Notes: generated by a model from the sequence alone, not told the origin. A stretch of DNA of 64,000 nt from Longimicrobiales bacterium (GCA_965226375.1 CBDDCX010000008.1:608001-672000), one strand, 5' to 3'; positions 28,320 through 39,756 are shown, numbered from the stretch's first letter. Numbers and translations: made by a program.

Positions 28320-28942
28320 AAGAGGGGCCCTCCCGTGCGGCCCCGAACCCGCGAGCGCTCGAGTTCGAGTCGCGTCAAGATACCCGTCCACGCCTGGTTG
28401 CTGGCACCCTCGTACTCCACCGAAAGGTTGATCTCCAGATCTATGCCCGCATCGAAGGCGTAGACCGCGATCTGGGTCTCTTGTTGCTGAAGCCGTTGAC
28501 CGCCCCAGCCGGGAGTGATGGCGTGGATGGCTTCGGGCCGGTGGCGAAGGCCGCGGTTCACGATGTGCACGCTCCCCGGCTCGTATCGTGTCGTCGGGTC
28601 GAGGCTGAAGAACGAAACCAAGAAGAGCGACGGCTCGGCGCCGGTCTGTGACCGGAGTGCCGCGCGGCTGGACTTGGCCAGGCCGGCGAGTCTCTCGTAG
28701 GTGTCCGGAGCGGCCAGGCGAATCACGGACTCCGCGAGGGGAGTGACCTTCACCTGCAGCGGTCCACTCTCGAGCGTGAGGGTGAACTCGTCTTGGATCA
28801 GGGTTCCGTATCCGGCGGGCACGAGCACGCGCTCACCTGCGGGGCCCGAGGGCTGTCCGGCGGTCGCCGACGTGCCCATTCCCCCACACCCCCACACGGC
28901 GGTCAGGATCAGCATCATCATGCAGTGGGAACGCTTGATCAT
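28316..28942 (-). CDS. Hypothetical protein, probable lipoprotein
   Basis: Hydrophobic N-terminus ending VWGC. Translationally coupled to engB. Confidence 0.65.
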   Translation of the reverse strand: MIKRSHCMMMLILTAVWGCGGMGTSATAGQPSGPAGERVLVPAGYGTLIQDEFTLTLESGPLQVKVTPLAESVIRLAAPDTYERLAGLAKSSRAALRSQTGAEPSLFLVSFFSLDPTTRYEPGSVHIVNRGLRHRPEAIHAITPGWGGQRLQQQETQIAVYAFDAGIDLEINLSVEYEGASNQAWTGILTRLELERSRVRGRTGGPLF

Positions 28943-29553
28943 GCGGCCGTACCCTCGGGTCTCTCGGGTCCCACCAGGCCCTCCAAGGCCATCAGGAGGT
29001 CCTCGCGGCCTTCCTTCGTCTTTGCGGAGAAGGGGAGCAGCTGCTCCTCATCGAGGCCCAGGTGCTCCACGGCCGTAGCGATGGTCTGTTTGCGCTGTGC
29101 CTTCTTCAGTTTGTCCATCTTGGTCAGTACCACCAACGTGGGCAGCTTCCGTTCGGCCAGATAGGCGACCATCTGCCGATCCGTGGCCGTGGGGTCGTGA
29201 CGTGCGTCCACTAGGTGTACGACGCCCCGCAGCATCCGTTCCCCTTCGAGGTATTGCTCGATCAGGGTTCTCCACGAAGCCCGTACCTTTGCCGAGACCT
29301 TGGCATATCCGAATCCTGGAAGGTCGACCAGGAAAAAGTGATCGTTGACCCGATAGAAATTCAGCGACTGGGTTTTTCCGGGTTCCCCCGATACGCGGGC
29401 CAGCTTCTTGCGCGTTCGCTTGAGGAGGACGTTGATGAGCGACGACTTGCCGACGTTCGACCGTCCGGAAAAGGCCACCTGAGGGAGGTCCTCCGGGACC
29501 GGTTCGCCCGGTACGTACAGGCTGGCGGCGAACTCCACGGTCCTGACCTTCAT
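28939..29553 (-). CDS. engB: Ribosome biogenesis GTPase YihA/EngB
   Basis: GRSNVGKSS, PGKT, DLPGFG and TKMD motifs. Confidence 0.95.
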   Translation of the reverse strand: MKVRTVEFAASLYVPGEPVPEDLPQVAFSGRSNVGKSSLINVLLKRTRKKLARVSGEPGKTQSLNFYRVNDHFFLVDLPGFGYAKVSAKVRASWRTLIEQYLEGERMLRGVVHLVDARHDPTATDRQMVAYLAERKLPTLVVLTKMDKLKKAQRKQTIATAVEHLGLDEEQLLPFSAKTKEGREDLLMALEGLVGPERPEGTAA

Positions 29554-29554
29554 G

Positions 29555-31978
29555 CTACTGGGACAGTTGAGTGCCCAGCGCCGCTCCGCCCTCGAGGGCG
29601 CCTCTGCGCGGCTCGGGCTGCTCGGATAGGGCCTCGGTGAGTACCTCGTCCATCGTTCTTACCGGGACGAAACAGAGGCCCTTCACGACCTCCTCCGGCA
29701 AGAGCTCCAGCTCAGGCGCGTTCGCCACCGGTAGGAGTACCTTCTTCAGACCCTCCCGCAGGGCAGCCACCATCTTCTCCTTGACGCCCCCCACCGCAAG
29801 AACCCTCCCTCGCAGGGTGATCTCACCCGTCATTGCGACGTCGGAACGGGAGGGAATGCCGGTGAGCGCGGAGATGAGCGCGGTGGCGATGGTGATGCCG
29901 GCCGACGGACCATCCTTGGGTGTGGCGCCCTCGGGAATGTGGATGTGGATGTCCACATCCTTGTGGAACTGAGGGTCGAGCCCGAGCCGACTCGCCCTGG
30001 AGCGGGCGTAGGTGACGGCGGCAAAGGCGGATTCCCTCATGACGTCGCCCAGCGTTCCCGTGAGCTGCACCTGGCCGCTCCCGGGGATGACGGCGACCTC
30101 GACGTCGAGGACCACACCGCCGGCTTCGGTCCAGGCCAGCCCGTTGGCCATTCCGGAGCGCTCCCCTTCGTCCTCCGTGCTGCGACCCAGGTAACGAAGG
30201 GGCCCAAGGAGCGCCTTGAGGTCGTCGACGCCCACGGCCAGGGGTTCCCCGGCCGCCTGATCTCCCAGCTCCGCCTGCTTTCGGGCGATTTTGCGGGCGA
30301 CCCGAGAGATGCGACGATCCAGCTCCCGCACACCCGCCTCGCGCGTGTACCGGCGGATGATGCCCTTCGCGGCCTCCTCGGTGAGCGCCACCTCTCCGGG
30401 GTTCAGGCCGTGACGCTCCGCCTGCTGGGGCCACAGGAAGCGGAGACCGATGGCCAGCTTCTCCGTGTCCAGGTACCCGGGAAGCCGGATGATCTCCATA
30501 CGGTCACGGAGCGGGTCCGGGATCCCGGCCAGGGTGTTGGCCGTGGCCACGAAGAATACGTCGGAGAGGTCGTACTCCAGCTCGAGGTAGTGATCCGTGA
30601 AGTTTTTGTTCTGCTCCGGGTCGAGCACCTCTAGCAGCGCGGCACCGGGATCCCCATGGAAGTCACGGGCCAGCTTGTCGACCTCGTCCAGCAGGAAGAC
30701 CGGATTGACCGTCCCGCAGCGCCGCATGCCCTGAAGCACCCGACCGGGAAGCGCCCCGACATAGGTGCGCCTGTGGCCCCGGATCTCCGCCTCGTCGCGA
30801 ACTCCGCCAAGGCTCACCCGCACGAACTCCCGCCCGAGCGCGTCGGCCACGCTCTGCCCCAGCGATGTCTTGCCGACGCCGGGAGGGCCTACCAGGCACA
30901 GGATGGGACCCTTCAACTCGCCTACGAGGGACAGAACCGCGATGTGGTCCAGGATGCGCTCCTTGACCTCATCGAGCCCGTAGTGGGCTTGGTCCAGAAC
31001 CGTGGCCGCATGCTCGACGTCGAGATTGTCATCTCGCCGCTGAGTCCAAGGAAGGCCGACGATCCAGTCGAGATAGGTTCGGATCACGGCTGCTTCGGGA
31101 GTCACCGGGTTCAACTTCTCCAACCGGCCGAGCTCACGCTCCGCGCGTTCGAGGGCGTGCTGGGGAAGTGCCGTCGACACCACCTTGGCAGCCAGATCGG
31201 ACCATTCGTCGCTCGGATCGGCGCCCAACTCCGTGTGAATGGCTTTCAGCTGCTCCTGCAGATAGAGCTGACGGCGATCCGAGTCCATCTGCATCCGGAT
31301 CTGGGCGTCGAGCTTTTCCTCGATGCGCAGAATCTCGAGCTCACGGACCAGAATCTCCTTGAGCAGCCCGAAGTAGGCCGGAACAGCGGGCGCTTCCAGG
31401 AGCTCCTGCTTCTCATTGGGCAGAACGAGCAGGTGTCCCGACATCAGGTGCGCCATACGCAGTCGATCGCCCTCCAGCGAAACCGAACCCAGTAGCTCGT
31501 CCGGCACCTGATCGCAGAGACGCACGTACTCGCTGAAGAGCCTCACCACGCCCCGCGACAGGGCTTCATCCTCGGTGGACTCCTGAGAGCCGGCCTGCTC
31601 CTCGACAACAAAGGGTTCGACGGACGCCCGCATGCCCGCCTCGGACGGCAGGAAGCGGCGAACCCTGACCCGGCCCAGACCCTCGAGGACCACGCGCGCA
31701 TTCCCGTCCGGAATCCTGGAGACCTGAAGGATCTTGGCGACCGTGCCGATGCGGTGGATGTCGTCGCGGTCCGGGTCCTCGACTTGAACGTCTTTTTGGG
31801 CCAGGAGCAGGATGTACCCGTCGCCCTCTTCCGCAACCTCGAGGGCGGCCACCGACCGCGGACGGCCGATCAGGAGAGGCAGGACCATATAGGGGAAAAA
31901 AACCAGATCCCTGAGGGCAACCACGGGAAGTTGGTCAGGGATCTCGTAAGTCTGATCGACTCGGATCAGCGTGGCCAT
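29555..31978 (-). CDS. lon: Lon protease
   Basis: Lon N-domain, GPPGVGKTS, DEAEIRGHRRTY, PKDGPSAG and AMTGEITLRG motifs. Confidence 0.97.
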   Translation of the reverse strand: MATLIRVDQTYEIPDQLPVVALRDLVFFPYMVLPLLIGRPRSVAALEVAEEGDGYILLLAQKDVQVEDPDRDDIHRIGTVAKILQVSRIPDGNARVVLEGLGRVRVRRFLPSEAGMRASVEPFVVEEQAGSQESTEDEALSRGVVRLFSEYVRLCDQVPDELLGSVSLEGDRLRMAHLMSGHLLVLPNEKQELLEAPAVPAYFGLLKEILVRELEILRIEEKLDAQIRMQMDSDRRQLYLQEQLKAIHTELGADPSDEWSDLAAKVVSTALPQHALERAERELGRLEKLNPVTPEAAVIRTYLDWIVGLPWTQRRDDNLDVEHAATVLDQAHYGLDEVKERILDHIAVLSLVGELKGPILCLVGPPGVGKTSLGQSVADALGREFVRVSLGGVRDEAEIRGHRRTYVGALPGRVLQGMRRCGTVNPVFLLDEVDKLARDFHGDPGAALLEVLDPEQNKNFTDHYLELEYDLSDVFFVATANTLAGIPDPLRDRMEIIRLPGYLDTEKLAIGLRFLWPQQAERHGLNPGEVALTEEAAKGIIRRYTREAGVRELDRRISRVARKIARKQAELGDQAAGEPLAVGVDDLKALLGPLRYLGRSTEDEGERSGMANGLAWTEAGGVVLDVEVAVIPGSGQVQLTGTLGDVMRESAFAAVTYARSRASRLGLDPQFHKDVDIHIHIPEGATPKDGPSAGITIATALISALTGIPSRSDVAMTGEITLRGRVLAVGGVKEKMVAALREGLKKVLLPVANAPELELLPEEVVKGLCFVPVRTMDEVLTEALSEQPEPRRGALEGGAALGTQLSQ

Positions 31979-32141
31979 TCGGCTCCCGGGCACTGCGTCG
32001 GTTCGAGTGGACGGATCGCCGTGTGGGCGTCGTCTCGGACGCGCGCTATCGTACGCGGGGAAACAGGTGTGGGGAAGGGCCGCCGGTGAGATATGTCTCC
32101 CGATCGGCTCATGCAGGTCGGGTCAGGGCCGGGCGCGGGGG

Positions 32142-33374
32142 TCAGGCTTCCTTCTTTTGCTCCTCGGGGTGGAGCACCAGAAGGGGTGGGACTTCTTGAT
32201 CGACGCAGTCCGCCGTGACGACCACTTCACGCACATCAGTCCGCGACGGAATCTCGAACATGACGTCGCGCATGAAGTCCTCGATGACCGAGCGCAGGCC
32301 TCTCGCACCGGTACCTCTGTTCAGGGTCTTCTGGGCGATCCGACGCAGCGCCTCCTTGTCGAAGGTCAGGCCGATGCCCTCCAGCTCGAACATCTTCTTG
32401 TACTGCTTGACCAACGCGTTCTTGGGCTCCGAGAGAATCTCGACCAGGGCGTCCTCGTCCAGATCGGTGAGGTTCACCGTGACCGGAAGGCGCCCCACCA
32501 ACTCCGGAATCAATCCGAACCGCTGGAGATCCTCGGGCTCGACGAAGCGCAGAAGCTCGTCGCGCTGTTCGTCGGAGGCCTTTTCCCCGAACCCGATGCG
32601 TCTCTGTCCCAGCCGGCTCTCGACAATCTGCTCCAGCCCGTCGAAGGCGCCGCCGCAGATGAAGAGGATGTTGCGCGTGTCGAGCTGGATGTACTCCTGC
32701 TGAGGGTGTTTCCGGCCCCCCTGAGGCGGTACGGAGGCGATCGTTCCCTCAAGGATCTTGAGGAGCGCCTGCTGCACACCTTCACCCGAGACGTCCCGGG
32801 TAATCGACGGGTTCTCCGACTTGCGGGCGATCTTGTCCATCTCGTCGATGTAGATGATACCGCGCTCGCACTCGGCGACGTTGAAGTCGGCCGCCTGCAG
32901 GAGCCGAACGAGGATGTTCTCGACGTCCTCGCCCACGTATCCGGCCTCGGTAAGGGTCGTGGCGTCGGCGATGGTGAAGGGGACGTGCAGGATGCGTGCG
33001 AGGGTCTGGGCAAGCAGTGTCTTGCCCACTCCGGTCGGCCCCATGAGCAGAATGTTGGCCTTGTCGATCTCGACTTCGTCGAGTACGCCCTGGTTGTTCA
33101 CCCGCTTGTAGTGGTTGTAGACCGCCACGGAAAGGGCACGCTTGGCGAGCTCCTGGCCGATCACGTACTGGTCCAGAACCTCTTTGATCTCCTCCGGTAT
33201 CGGACTGGGGATTACGGAGTCTGCAGCTTCTCGCTCCTCTTCCTCTGCCAGGATCTCGTTGCAGAGAGAGATACACTCGTTACAGATGTAGACGGACGGT
33301 CCGGAGATGAACTTCTTGACACTCTCCTTGGACTTTCCGCAGAAGCTGCAGCGCAGGTGTTTGTCACTGGACAT
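32142..33374 (-). CDS. clpX: ClpX ATPase
   Basis: CSFC...CNEC Zn finger, [21 protein letters not shown] and IGF loop. Confidence 0.98.
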   Translation of the reverse strand: MSSDKHLRCSFCGKSKESVKKFISGPSVYICNECISLCNEILAEEEEREAADSVIPSPIPEEIKEVLDQYVIGQELAKRALSVAVYNHYKRVNNQGVLDEVEIDKANILLMGPTGVGKTLLAQTLARILHVPFTIADATTLTEAGYVGEDVENILVRLLQAADFNVAECERGIIYIDEMDKIARKSENPSITRDVSGEGVQQALLKILEGTIASVPPQGGRKHPQQEYIQLDTRNILFICGGAFDGLEQIVESRLGQRRIGFGEKASDEQRDELLRFVEPEDLQRFGLIPELVGRLPVTVNLTDLDEDALVEILSEPKNALVKQYKKMFELEGIGLTFDKEALRRIAQKTLNRGTGARGLRSVIEDFMRDVMFEIPSRTDVREVVVTADCVDQEVPPLLVLHPEEQKKEA

Positions 33375-33403
33375 AGGCGTGTCCTCAGTACCCTTCCGAA
33401 GTC

Positions 33404-34057
33404 CTACTCTTCGTCTTCGATGGTGGGCCCGTCAAGCTTTTCGTGCGAGTCGGTCGGTTTCCCGTCCTTCACCATGGGCCCCTCGAGAATCCGGTCGATC
33501 AGGCCATACTCCATGGCCTCTTCCGGGCTCATGAAGCGATCCCGATCGACATCCTCGGCGACACGCTCGAGGGTCTGCCCCGTGTGTTTGGCCATGATCT
33601 CGTTGAGCCGCTTACGGGTATAGAGAATTTCCTTGGCCGCGATCTCGATGTCGGCGGCCGTACCCTGCGATCCGCCCGACGGCTGGTGGATCATGATACG
33701 GGCGTTGGGTAGCGCCGCGCGTTTGCCCTTTGCACCGGCCGCCACGAGCACGGCCGCCATGGACGCCGCGATGCCCACGGCGAACGTAGAAACGGGCGCC
33801 CGCATGTGCTGGATGGTGTCGTAGATGGCCAATCCCGCGTAGACCCCACCGCCCGGCGAGTTCACGTAGATATAGACGTCACGCTCCGGATCTTCCGCGT
33901 CGAGGAACAACAGCTGGGCGATGATGATGTTGGCCACGTTGTCGTCGATGGGCGTGCCCAGGAAGATGATGCGGTCCATGAGGAGGCGGCTGAAGATGTC
34001 ATAGCTCCGCTCTCCTCGGCTCGTCCGTTCGATGACATAAGGTGGGTAGATCGCCAT
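33404..34057 (-). CDS. clpP: ClpP peptidase
   Basis: [17 protein letters not shown] and MIHQP motifs. Confidence 0.97.
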   Translation of the reverse strand: MAIYPPYVIERTSRGERSYDIFSRLLMDRIIFLGTPIDDNVANIIIAQLLFLDAEDPERDVYIYVNSPGGGVYAGLAIYDTIQHMRAPVSTFAVGIAASMAAVLVAAGAKGKRAALPNARIMIHQPSGGSQGTAADIEIAAKEILYTRKRLNEIMAKHTGQTLERVAEDVDRDRFMSPEEAMEYGLIDRILEGPMVKDGKPTDSHEKLDGPTIEDEE

Positions 34058-34085
34058 TGGTTCTGATTGCTCCGTTCGGGTCGGC

Positions 34086-35348
34086 TCAGTTCACTACGAT
34101 CTCGGACTGCCCCTTGAGGAAGTCGAAGACCTTTCGTTCGGTGATTTCTCTTTCCAGTGCTTCCAATCTCTCGCTTTTCTGTAGATTGGCGTAGACCTTG
34201 GCCGGATTTTCTCCGGCCTTCTCGGCGATTTCTTCGATTCGTGAGTCGAGCTCTTCCTCGGTCGCCTGAAGTCCCTGGCTGTCCGACACCCTGTCGATCA
34301 CCAGGATCCGTTTTACCGCCATCTCGGCTTGAGGGGTGATCTGCTCCTTGGCCTCCTGCCACTTCTCGGGAGGCACGTCCTCCGGGTCACCCAGGAGCGA
34401 CGCCACGTAACGATCCACCATGGACACTGGCACGGTGAACGGATTGGCCTCGAGAATGGAGTCGAGGAGCTTGCCCCGGACCACACCCTCTGCCTGATCC
34501 TCTGCCTCGCGCTGCAGGTCTGCACGCACCTTGTCCGAGAGATCGTCCAGGCTCTGGAACTCGCCGAGCTTAGCGGCGAACTCATCGTTCAGCTCCGGAA
34601 GCTCGAGGCGGCTTCTCGACGCGAGCTGAATGCGCAGATGCTCTTCCTGACCTCTGCGCTCCTCGTTCGGGAAGTCGTCCGGGAAGCGCACCACGAACTC
34701 CCCGCCCGCTCCGATCTCGAGCGTTTTGATGGCATCTTCGATGTCGGTAATGGCGTCTCCTCGACCGAGCACGAACTCGTACGGTTGGGTCACGCCCTCC
34801 CCATCTTCTTCCAGCCGCTCGATCTCTACGCTGACCAGATCGCCTTCCTCCGGGCTGCCGTCTTCCAACGCCTGCCAGGTGCCGTTCTGTTCCCTGAGGC
34901 GCTCCAGGACCTGTTGCAGCTTCTCATCCAGGCCTTCGATCTCCGGCCGTTCCACCTTGAAGCCGCCCAGCCTGGAGATGTCGATCTCCGGGCGAACATC
35001 GAAGGAGATCGAGAAGGTCAGGTCCTGCTCCGGCTCGTACTGGACGTTGCCGACTTCGCCTTCGGAGATGGGGTTGAGCTCGTTTTGGTTGAGCGCCTCC
35101 CTGTATGCGTCCCCGATCAGTTTGTCGAGCGCCTCGCGATTCAGGGCCGGCCCGTATTTTTTCTCTACGACCGCGGCGGGTACCCGTCCCTTGCGGAAGC
35201 CAGGTAGCTTGAGCCGCGACGCGAGCTCACCCGTGATACGACGTCGTTCGGTCTGAACGACGTCAGCGGGTACCGTCACGTTCATGGTGCGGCGCCAGCG
35301 CTCGCCCTCCTCCACGGAGATCTGCAACTGTGTGCCGTCGATAGCCAT
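34086..35348 (-). CDS. tig: Trigger factor
   Basis: PGFRKGRVP ribosome-binding motif, FKBP-like domain, tig-clpP-clpX-lon order. Confidence 0.95.
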   Translation of the reverse strand: MAIDGTQLQISVEEGERWRRTMNVTVPADVVQTERRRITGELASRLKLPGFRKGRVPAAVVEKKYGPALNREALDKLIGDAYREALNQNELNPISEGEVGNVQYEPEQDLTFSISFDVRPEIDISRLGGFKVERPEIEGLDEKLQQVLERLREQNGTWQALEDGSPEEGDLVSVEIERLEEDGEGVTQPYEFVLGRGDAITDIEDAIKTLEIGAGGEFVVRFPDDFPNEERRGQEEHLRIQLASRSRLELPELNDEFAAKLGEFQSLDDLSDKVRADLQREAEDQAEGVVRGKLLDSILEANPFTVPVSMVDRYVASLLGDPEDVPPEKWQEAKEQITPQAEMAVKRILVIDRVSDSQGLQATEEELDSRIEEIAEKAGENPAKVYANLQKSERLEALEREITERKVFDFLKGQSEIVVN

Positions 35349-35369
35349 CTATGCTCAATCCTCAATAAA

Positions 35370-35408
35370 GAATCGGCGCTAATGAATCGGCGCTAATGCC
35401 TCGGCGCT
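35370..35408. repeat. 14-bp tandem repeat between tRNA-Leu and tig
   Basis: GAATCGGCGCTAAT twice, plus a partial third copy. Confidence 0.75.
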
Positions 35409-35425
35409 CGTGCCGAAAAGCCGAA

Positions 35426-35508
35426 TGCGAAAGGGGGGACTCGAACCCCCACGGCATTTAGCCACAGGATCCTAAATCCTGCGCGTCTACCAATTCCGCC
35501 ACTTTCGC
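35426..35508 (-). tRNA. tRNA-Leu (anticodon TAG), CCA not encoded
   Basis: GCGAAAG acceptor stem, D-loop GGAATTGGTAGAC, CAGGA-TTTAGGA-TCCTG anticodon arm, long variable arm, GGTTCGAGTCC. Confidence 0.96.
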
Positions 35509-35640
35509 CAGTATTTTCACCGAAAACCGGCCATTATGCCGAATTAGGCAAAGATAACCGAGCCCGAAAACACCATCAACAGATGGGGGGTCTTGGGGTG
35601 GTGGGTCACTCAGACCCATCACCGGGTTTCGGACACAGCA

Positions 35641-35670
35641 GAGGCGCGACGCCCGTGGGCGTCGCGCCTC
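35641..35670 (-). terminator. GC-rich hairpin after degP
   Basis: GAGGCGCGACGCCC-gt-GGGCGTCGCGCCTC is a perfect 14-bp inverted repeat about 30 bp after the stop. Confidence 0.65.
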
Positions 35671-35698
35671 CCTGCTATAGGTCCCCTCGCGGTCCGTG

Positions 35699-37252
35699 CT
35701 AGCTGGAAATGCGCACGTGGAATACCTGCGGCTGACCGACGGAAGCCTGCACACGAAGAGTGACGATGTCACCCCTGTCCACGTCGGCCATGATGCGCCG
35801 GACGTCGGAGGCATCGTCCACCGGCTGCCGATTGATCTCGAGCACCTTGTAGCCGGCCCTCAACCCCCTGCGAGAGGCGGGGCCGTTGACCTGGACATCG
35901 GTGATGACCGCACCGCCGACGTCGCGGAAACCGTAGTTCGCAGCAAAGTCACGCGTCATGTCCTCGATGCGTACGCCGAGCTTGTCGTCCATGCGCTCCT
36001 CGTCACGCACCGGCGCCGCGGCGACCCGGACGGGTTCGCTCCTCAAGGGAGCCTCGCCGAGACGCACACTGACCGTCCGTTCACGACCGTCGCGATAGAC
36101 GGTCACCCCGATCCGATCACCCGGACGCTTGCGGGCGATGCTCTGCTGCAGTTGACCGGTCCGGCCGACCGGCTGGTCGTCGATGGCCACGATCACGTCG
36201 TAGGCCAGGAGGCCAAACTCTTCCGCCGGGCCATCGGGGGTGATCTGGGTCACCTCCACACCGGAGACGGTGGGTAGGCCGTAGCTCTCGGCCGACACCG
36301 CGTCGACGCCGGTCATGGCGATACCGAGCCAGGCCCTGCGCACACGCCCGTACTCGACCAGATCCTCCATGACGCGTTTGGCCAGATCGATGGGAATGGC
36401 GAACCCGTACCCCTGATAGAATCCGGTCCTGCTCGTGATGGCCGAATTGATGCCCACCACCTGACCCCGCAGGTTGACCATGGGCCCACCGGAGTTACCC
36501 GGATTGATGACCGCGTCCGTCTGGATAAAGTCCTCGATCGCGAACCCTCTGGCATCCCGCGTCTCGGGGTTCTCCTGGAGTTCGCGTTGAAGCAGCGCCA
36601 GCGGCCGCCCGAGCGCACTGATGATGCCTACCGTCACGGTGTAGTCCAGCGGACGACTAGTACCTCCGAAGCCCGGATTACCGATGGCCACGATCCACTC
36701 GCCCACGCGCAGATCGTCGGAGCTCCCGAAGCTCAGGCTACCGAGGTTGTCCGCTTCGATCTTGATGACCGCCACGTCCGTGAAGGGATCCCGTCCCACC
36801 AACGTGGCTGGGAAGGACCTTCTGTCCTGAAGGAACACGGTCATGGCCGTGGCGTCCGCGACCACGTGGTTGTTCGTGAGGATGTATCCATCGGTGGAGA
36901 CGAGGAATCCGCTTCCACCCGAGACCTGGTCGGGCCGATCCCGCTGATTCTGCTCGGGGTTCCGGAAGAGCCTACTGGGCTGCTCTTGTGCCGCAGGAGC
37001 CTGCCTGCGCGCCTCGATTCGTACGACCGCCGGCGTCACCATCTCGGAGACGTTGACGAACGCATCGCTCAGGTCCAAGGCCGGCTGGACCGCCTCCACC
37101 GGAATCTGAGGCTGAGTCTCGAGGACCGGCATCGAGTGGGTCACGCCGGTCCACCCGAAGGCCGAGGCGATACCCAGCCCGAAAAGACAGGCCACCGTCG
37201 AGAAGAATACGATCTTCATCTTCGAACGCAGGGGGTCATACATATCAAGCAC
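35699..37252 (-). CDS. degP: DegP/HtrA serine protease with two PDZ domains
   Basis: GSGF, TNNHVV, DVAV and IQTDAVINPGNSGG motifs. N-terminal signal or TM segment. Confidence 0.92.
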   Translation of the reverse strand: MLDMYDPLRSKMKIVFFSTVACLFGLGIASAFGWTGVTHSMPVLETQPQIPVEAVQPALDLSDAFVNVSEMVTPAVVRIEARRQAPAAQEQPSRLFRNPEQNQRDRPDQVSGGSGFLVSTDGYILTNNHVVADATAMTVFLQDRRSFPATLVGRDPFTDVAVIKIEADNLGSLSFGSSDDLRVGEWIVAIGNPGFGGTSRPLDYTVTVGIISALGRPLALLQRELQENPETRDARGFAIEDFIQTDAVINPGNSGGPMVNLRGQVVGINSAITSRTGFYQGYGFAIPIDLAKRVMEDLVEYGRVRRAWLGIAMTGVDAVSAESYGLPTVSGVEVTQITPDGPAEEFGLLAYDVIVAIDDQPVGRTGQLQQSIARKRPGDRIGVTVYRDGRERTVSVRLGEAPLRSEPVRVAAAPVRDEERMDDKLGVRIEDMTRDFAANYGFRDVGGAVITDVQVNGPASRRGLRAGYKVLEINRQPVDDASDVRRIMADVDRGDIVTLRVQASVGQPQVFHVRISS

Positions 37253-37426
37253 TTCCTTAAGTCCGGTTGATCATTGCGTGTCGCCGACCGAGATGCTCGG
37301 TCATGCTACACTAATACAAGCTCCGTCTTTAAAAGCTCCGTGTGTCTTCGATCCCAGGCCGCGGCTTTGCGTTGCCTGGCCGGGCGCTGCTCCCGCTACT
37401 ACCCCGCAAAAGCCCCGCACGGGCTC

Positions 37427-37511
37427 GAGGGTTTTCAGGCCCCTCTCCGAACCCGTCTGCCGCAAAGCGGCGGTAGCGTAGCGGGGTTCGGAGAGGGGCC
37501 TGAAAACCCTC
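37427..37511. repeat. Perfect 28-bp inverted repeat immediately 3' of dnaK
   Basis: GAGGGTTTTCAGGCCCCTCTCCGAACCC-N29-GGGTTCGGAGAGGGGCCTGAAAACCCTC. Confidence 0.9.
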
Positions 37512-37519
37512 CAAGCAAC

Positions 37520-39448
37520 TTACGCGTCTTCGTCGACGATCTCGTAGTCCGCCTCGACCACTTCTTCTTCGTCCTCGCTGCCCTCGGCGGCCTCGCCCTC
37601 CGTACCCTCACCGCCTTCGCCTTCCTCGGACTCGGTTTCTGCGGCCTGGGACTGGTACATCTCCTGGCCGGCTGCACTGAAGGCCTGCATCAGCTCATCC
37701 CGGGCGGAGTTGAAGGCGGCGGCCTCGTCGCCCTTGAGGGCTTCCTTGGCGGCCTCCACGGCTTGGTCGAGACGCTCCTTCGTTTCCTCGGAGACCTGAT
37801 CGCCCCACTCGGCGGAGTCCTTCTCCACCTGGTAGACCAGGGAGTCGAGCTGGTTGCGGGCCTCGACCTTCTCTCTGCGCTGCTCGTCTTCGTCGGCGTG
37901 GGCCTCGGCGTCCTTCACCATCTTGTCGATCTCGGTGTCGCTGAGTCCGCTGGAGGACTCGATGCGGATCTTCTGCTCCTTGCCCGTGGTCTGGTCCTTG
38001 GCCGAGACATGGAGAATGCCGTTGGCGTCGATGTCGAACGTGACCTCGACCTGGGGCATGCCCCTCGGTGCCGGCGGAATGCCGGTGAGCTGGAACTTGC
38101 CGATGGTCTTGTTGTCGAGGGCCATCTTGCGCTCGCCCTGGAGCACGTGGATCTCGACCGTGGTCTGATTGTCCTCCGCCGTGGAGAAGATCTCGGCCTT
38201 CTCGGTGGGGATGGTCGTGTTGCGGTCGATCAGCGCGGTCATGACTCCGCCGAGCGTCTCGATCCCGAGCGACAGCGGGATCACGTCGAGCAGGAGAACG
38301 TCGGTCACGTCACCGGCCAGCACGCCGCCCTGGATGGACGCTCCAACTCCCACGACCTCGTCCGGGTTCACACCCTTGTGGGGGTCCTTGCCAAAGCACT
38401 CGGTGACCACCTCTTGGATCTTCGGAATCCGGGTCGAACCACCGACCAGGATGATCTCGTCGATCTCCGAGGGGTCGAGGCCGGCATCCTCGAGAGCCTG
38501 CTTCATGGGCGGGATGGTCCGCTGGACCAGATCGTCCACGAGCTGCTCGAGCTTGGCCCGGGTCAGCGAGTAGTTCAGGTGCTTCGGGCCCTCTTGCGTG
38601 GCTGTGATGAACGGAAGGTTGATATCGGTCTGCTGAGTCGAAGACAGCTCCATCTTGGCCTTCTCCGAGGCCTCCTTGAGGCGCTGCAGAGCCATGGCGT
38701 CCTTGGACAGGTCGATGCCCTGGTCCTTCTTGAACTCGGTGACGAGCCAGTTGATGATCTTCTGGTCGAAGTCGTCACCACCCAGGTGCGTGTCACCGTT
38801 GGTGGACTTTACCTCGAAGACGCCGTCGCCCAGCTCCAGGACGGAGATGTCGTACGTTCCACCGCCGAGGTCGAACACGGCGATCTTCTCATCGGCCTTT
38901 TTGTCCAAGCCGTACGCGAGAGCGGCGGCCGTGGGCTCGTTGATGATACGAAGTACCTCGAGGCCCGCGACTTTGCCGGCGTCCTTGGTCGCCTGCCGCT
39001 GGGCGTCGTTGAAGTAGGCCGGTACCGTAATCACGGCCTGGTCGACCTCCATGCCCAGGTAATCCTCGGCGGTCTGCTTCATCTTCTGCAGGATCATCGC
39101 CGAGATCTCGGGGGGTGTGAACGTCTTGTCCACGTTGGGCACCTTGATCTGGACCCGGCCCTTGCTGTCCGTCTCGACCGCGTAGGGGACCAGCTTCTGC
39201 TCTTCGGTCACCTCGTCGCCCTTACGGCCCATGAAACGCTTGATGGAGAAGATGGTGTTCTCAGGGTTCGTGATGGCCTGTCTCCGTGCCACCTGACCCA
39301 CGAGACGCTCGCCGTCCTTGGTGAAGGCCACGACGGACGGCGTCGTGCGTCCGCCCTCGGAGTTGGGGATGACGACCGGCTCGCCGCCCTCCATGACGGC
39401 GACCACCGAGTTGGTCGTCCCCAGGTCGATGCCGATTACCTTTCCCAT
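37520..39448 (-). CDS. dnaK: Chaperone DnaK
   Basis: [25 protein letters not shown] and NPDEVV motifs. AAGGAG RBS. Confidence 0.98.
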   Translation of the reverse strand: MGKVIGIDLGTTNSVVAVMEGGEPVVIPNSEGGRTTPSVVAFTKDGERLVGQVARRQAITNPENTIFSIKRFMGRKGDEVTEEQKLVPYAVETDSKGRVQIKVPNVDKTFTPPEISAMILQKMKQTAEDYLGMEVDQAVITVPAYFNDAQRQATKDAGKVAGLEVLRIINEPTAAALAYGLDKKADEKIAVFDLGGGTYDISVLELGDGVFEVKSTNGDTHLGGDDFDQKIINWLVTEFKKDQGIDLSKDAMALQRLKEASEKAKMELSSTQQTDINLPFITATQEGPKHLNYSLTRAKLEQLVDDLVQRTIPPMKQALEDAGLDPSEIDEIILVGGSTRIPKIQEVVTECFGKDPHKGVNPDEVVGVGASIQGGVLAGDVTDVLLLDVIPLSLGIETLGGVMTALIDRNTTIPTEKAEIFSTAEDNQTTVEIHVLQGERKMALDNKTIGKFQLTGIPPAPRGMPQVEVTFDIDANGILHVSAKDQTTGKEQKIRIESSSGLSDTEIDKMVKDAEAHADEDEQRREKVEARNQLDSLVYQVEKDSAEWGDQVSEETKERLDQAVEAAKEALKGDEAAAFNSARDELMQAFSAAGQEMYQSQAAETESEEGEGGEGTEGEAAEGSEDEEEVVEADYEIVDEDA

Positions 39449-39514
39449 GTCTGCTCCTTTATGGACCTACCGTGTATGTGCTGAGCCCCGAGCGGGGTGT
39501 TACTCATGTTCTCC

Positions 39515-39542
39515 TGGCACGACCTGTGCAATGATCATGCCC
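39515..39542. promoter_or_regulatory. Two overlapping, oppositely oriented sigma54-type promoter motifs (towards dnaK and towards the amidohydrolase)
   Basis: Minus strand GGGCATGATCATTGCA (39542-39527) and plus strand TGGCACGACCTGTGCA (39515-39530). Both are GG-N10-GC and share TGCA. Confidence 0.6.
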
Positions 39543-39756
39543 AGTGAGAGGCTCAAAAAGCCGCCAAACTGGCGCCTTTCTAGTAACACCCTGCCAAAAT
39601 GGCGGACTTTTGAAGCGAGTGGTCGGGGGAGGGTGGTGTGGGTGGGGCAGACGCGAGCTGGTTCACTCGACAGAGGCTCGCTTGCAGCCGTCCCCAACCG
39701 CGAGGCATGTTGGACAGGTTACGGCAACCTCTTCGCGTCTTCGGCGCAGGTGCATC

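Noticed and set aside
31971..33623. 550-aa ORF antisense to clpX/clpP, and the many other long overlapping ORFs in the track
   Set aside because: Codon-bias shadows of clearly identified genes on the other strand or frame.
35426..35508. tRNA-Leu as an island attachment site
   Set aside because: It is flanked by core genes (tig, degP). No duplicated tRNA 3' end or integrase was seen.
37274..39484. 736-aa ORF antisense to dnaK
   Set aside because: Well-known shadow ORF opposite dnaK in high-GC genomes. No independent motifs.
39514..39544. CIRCE element upstream of dnaK
   Set aside because: Arms and spacing do not fit TTAGCACTC-N9-GAGTGCTAA. A sigma54-type reading fits better.
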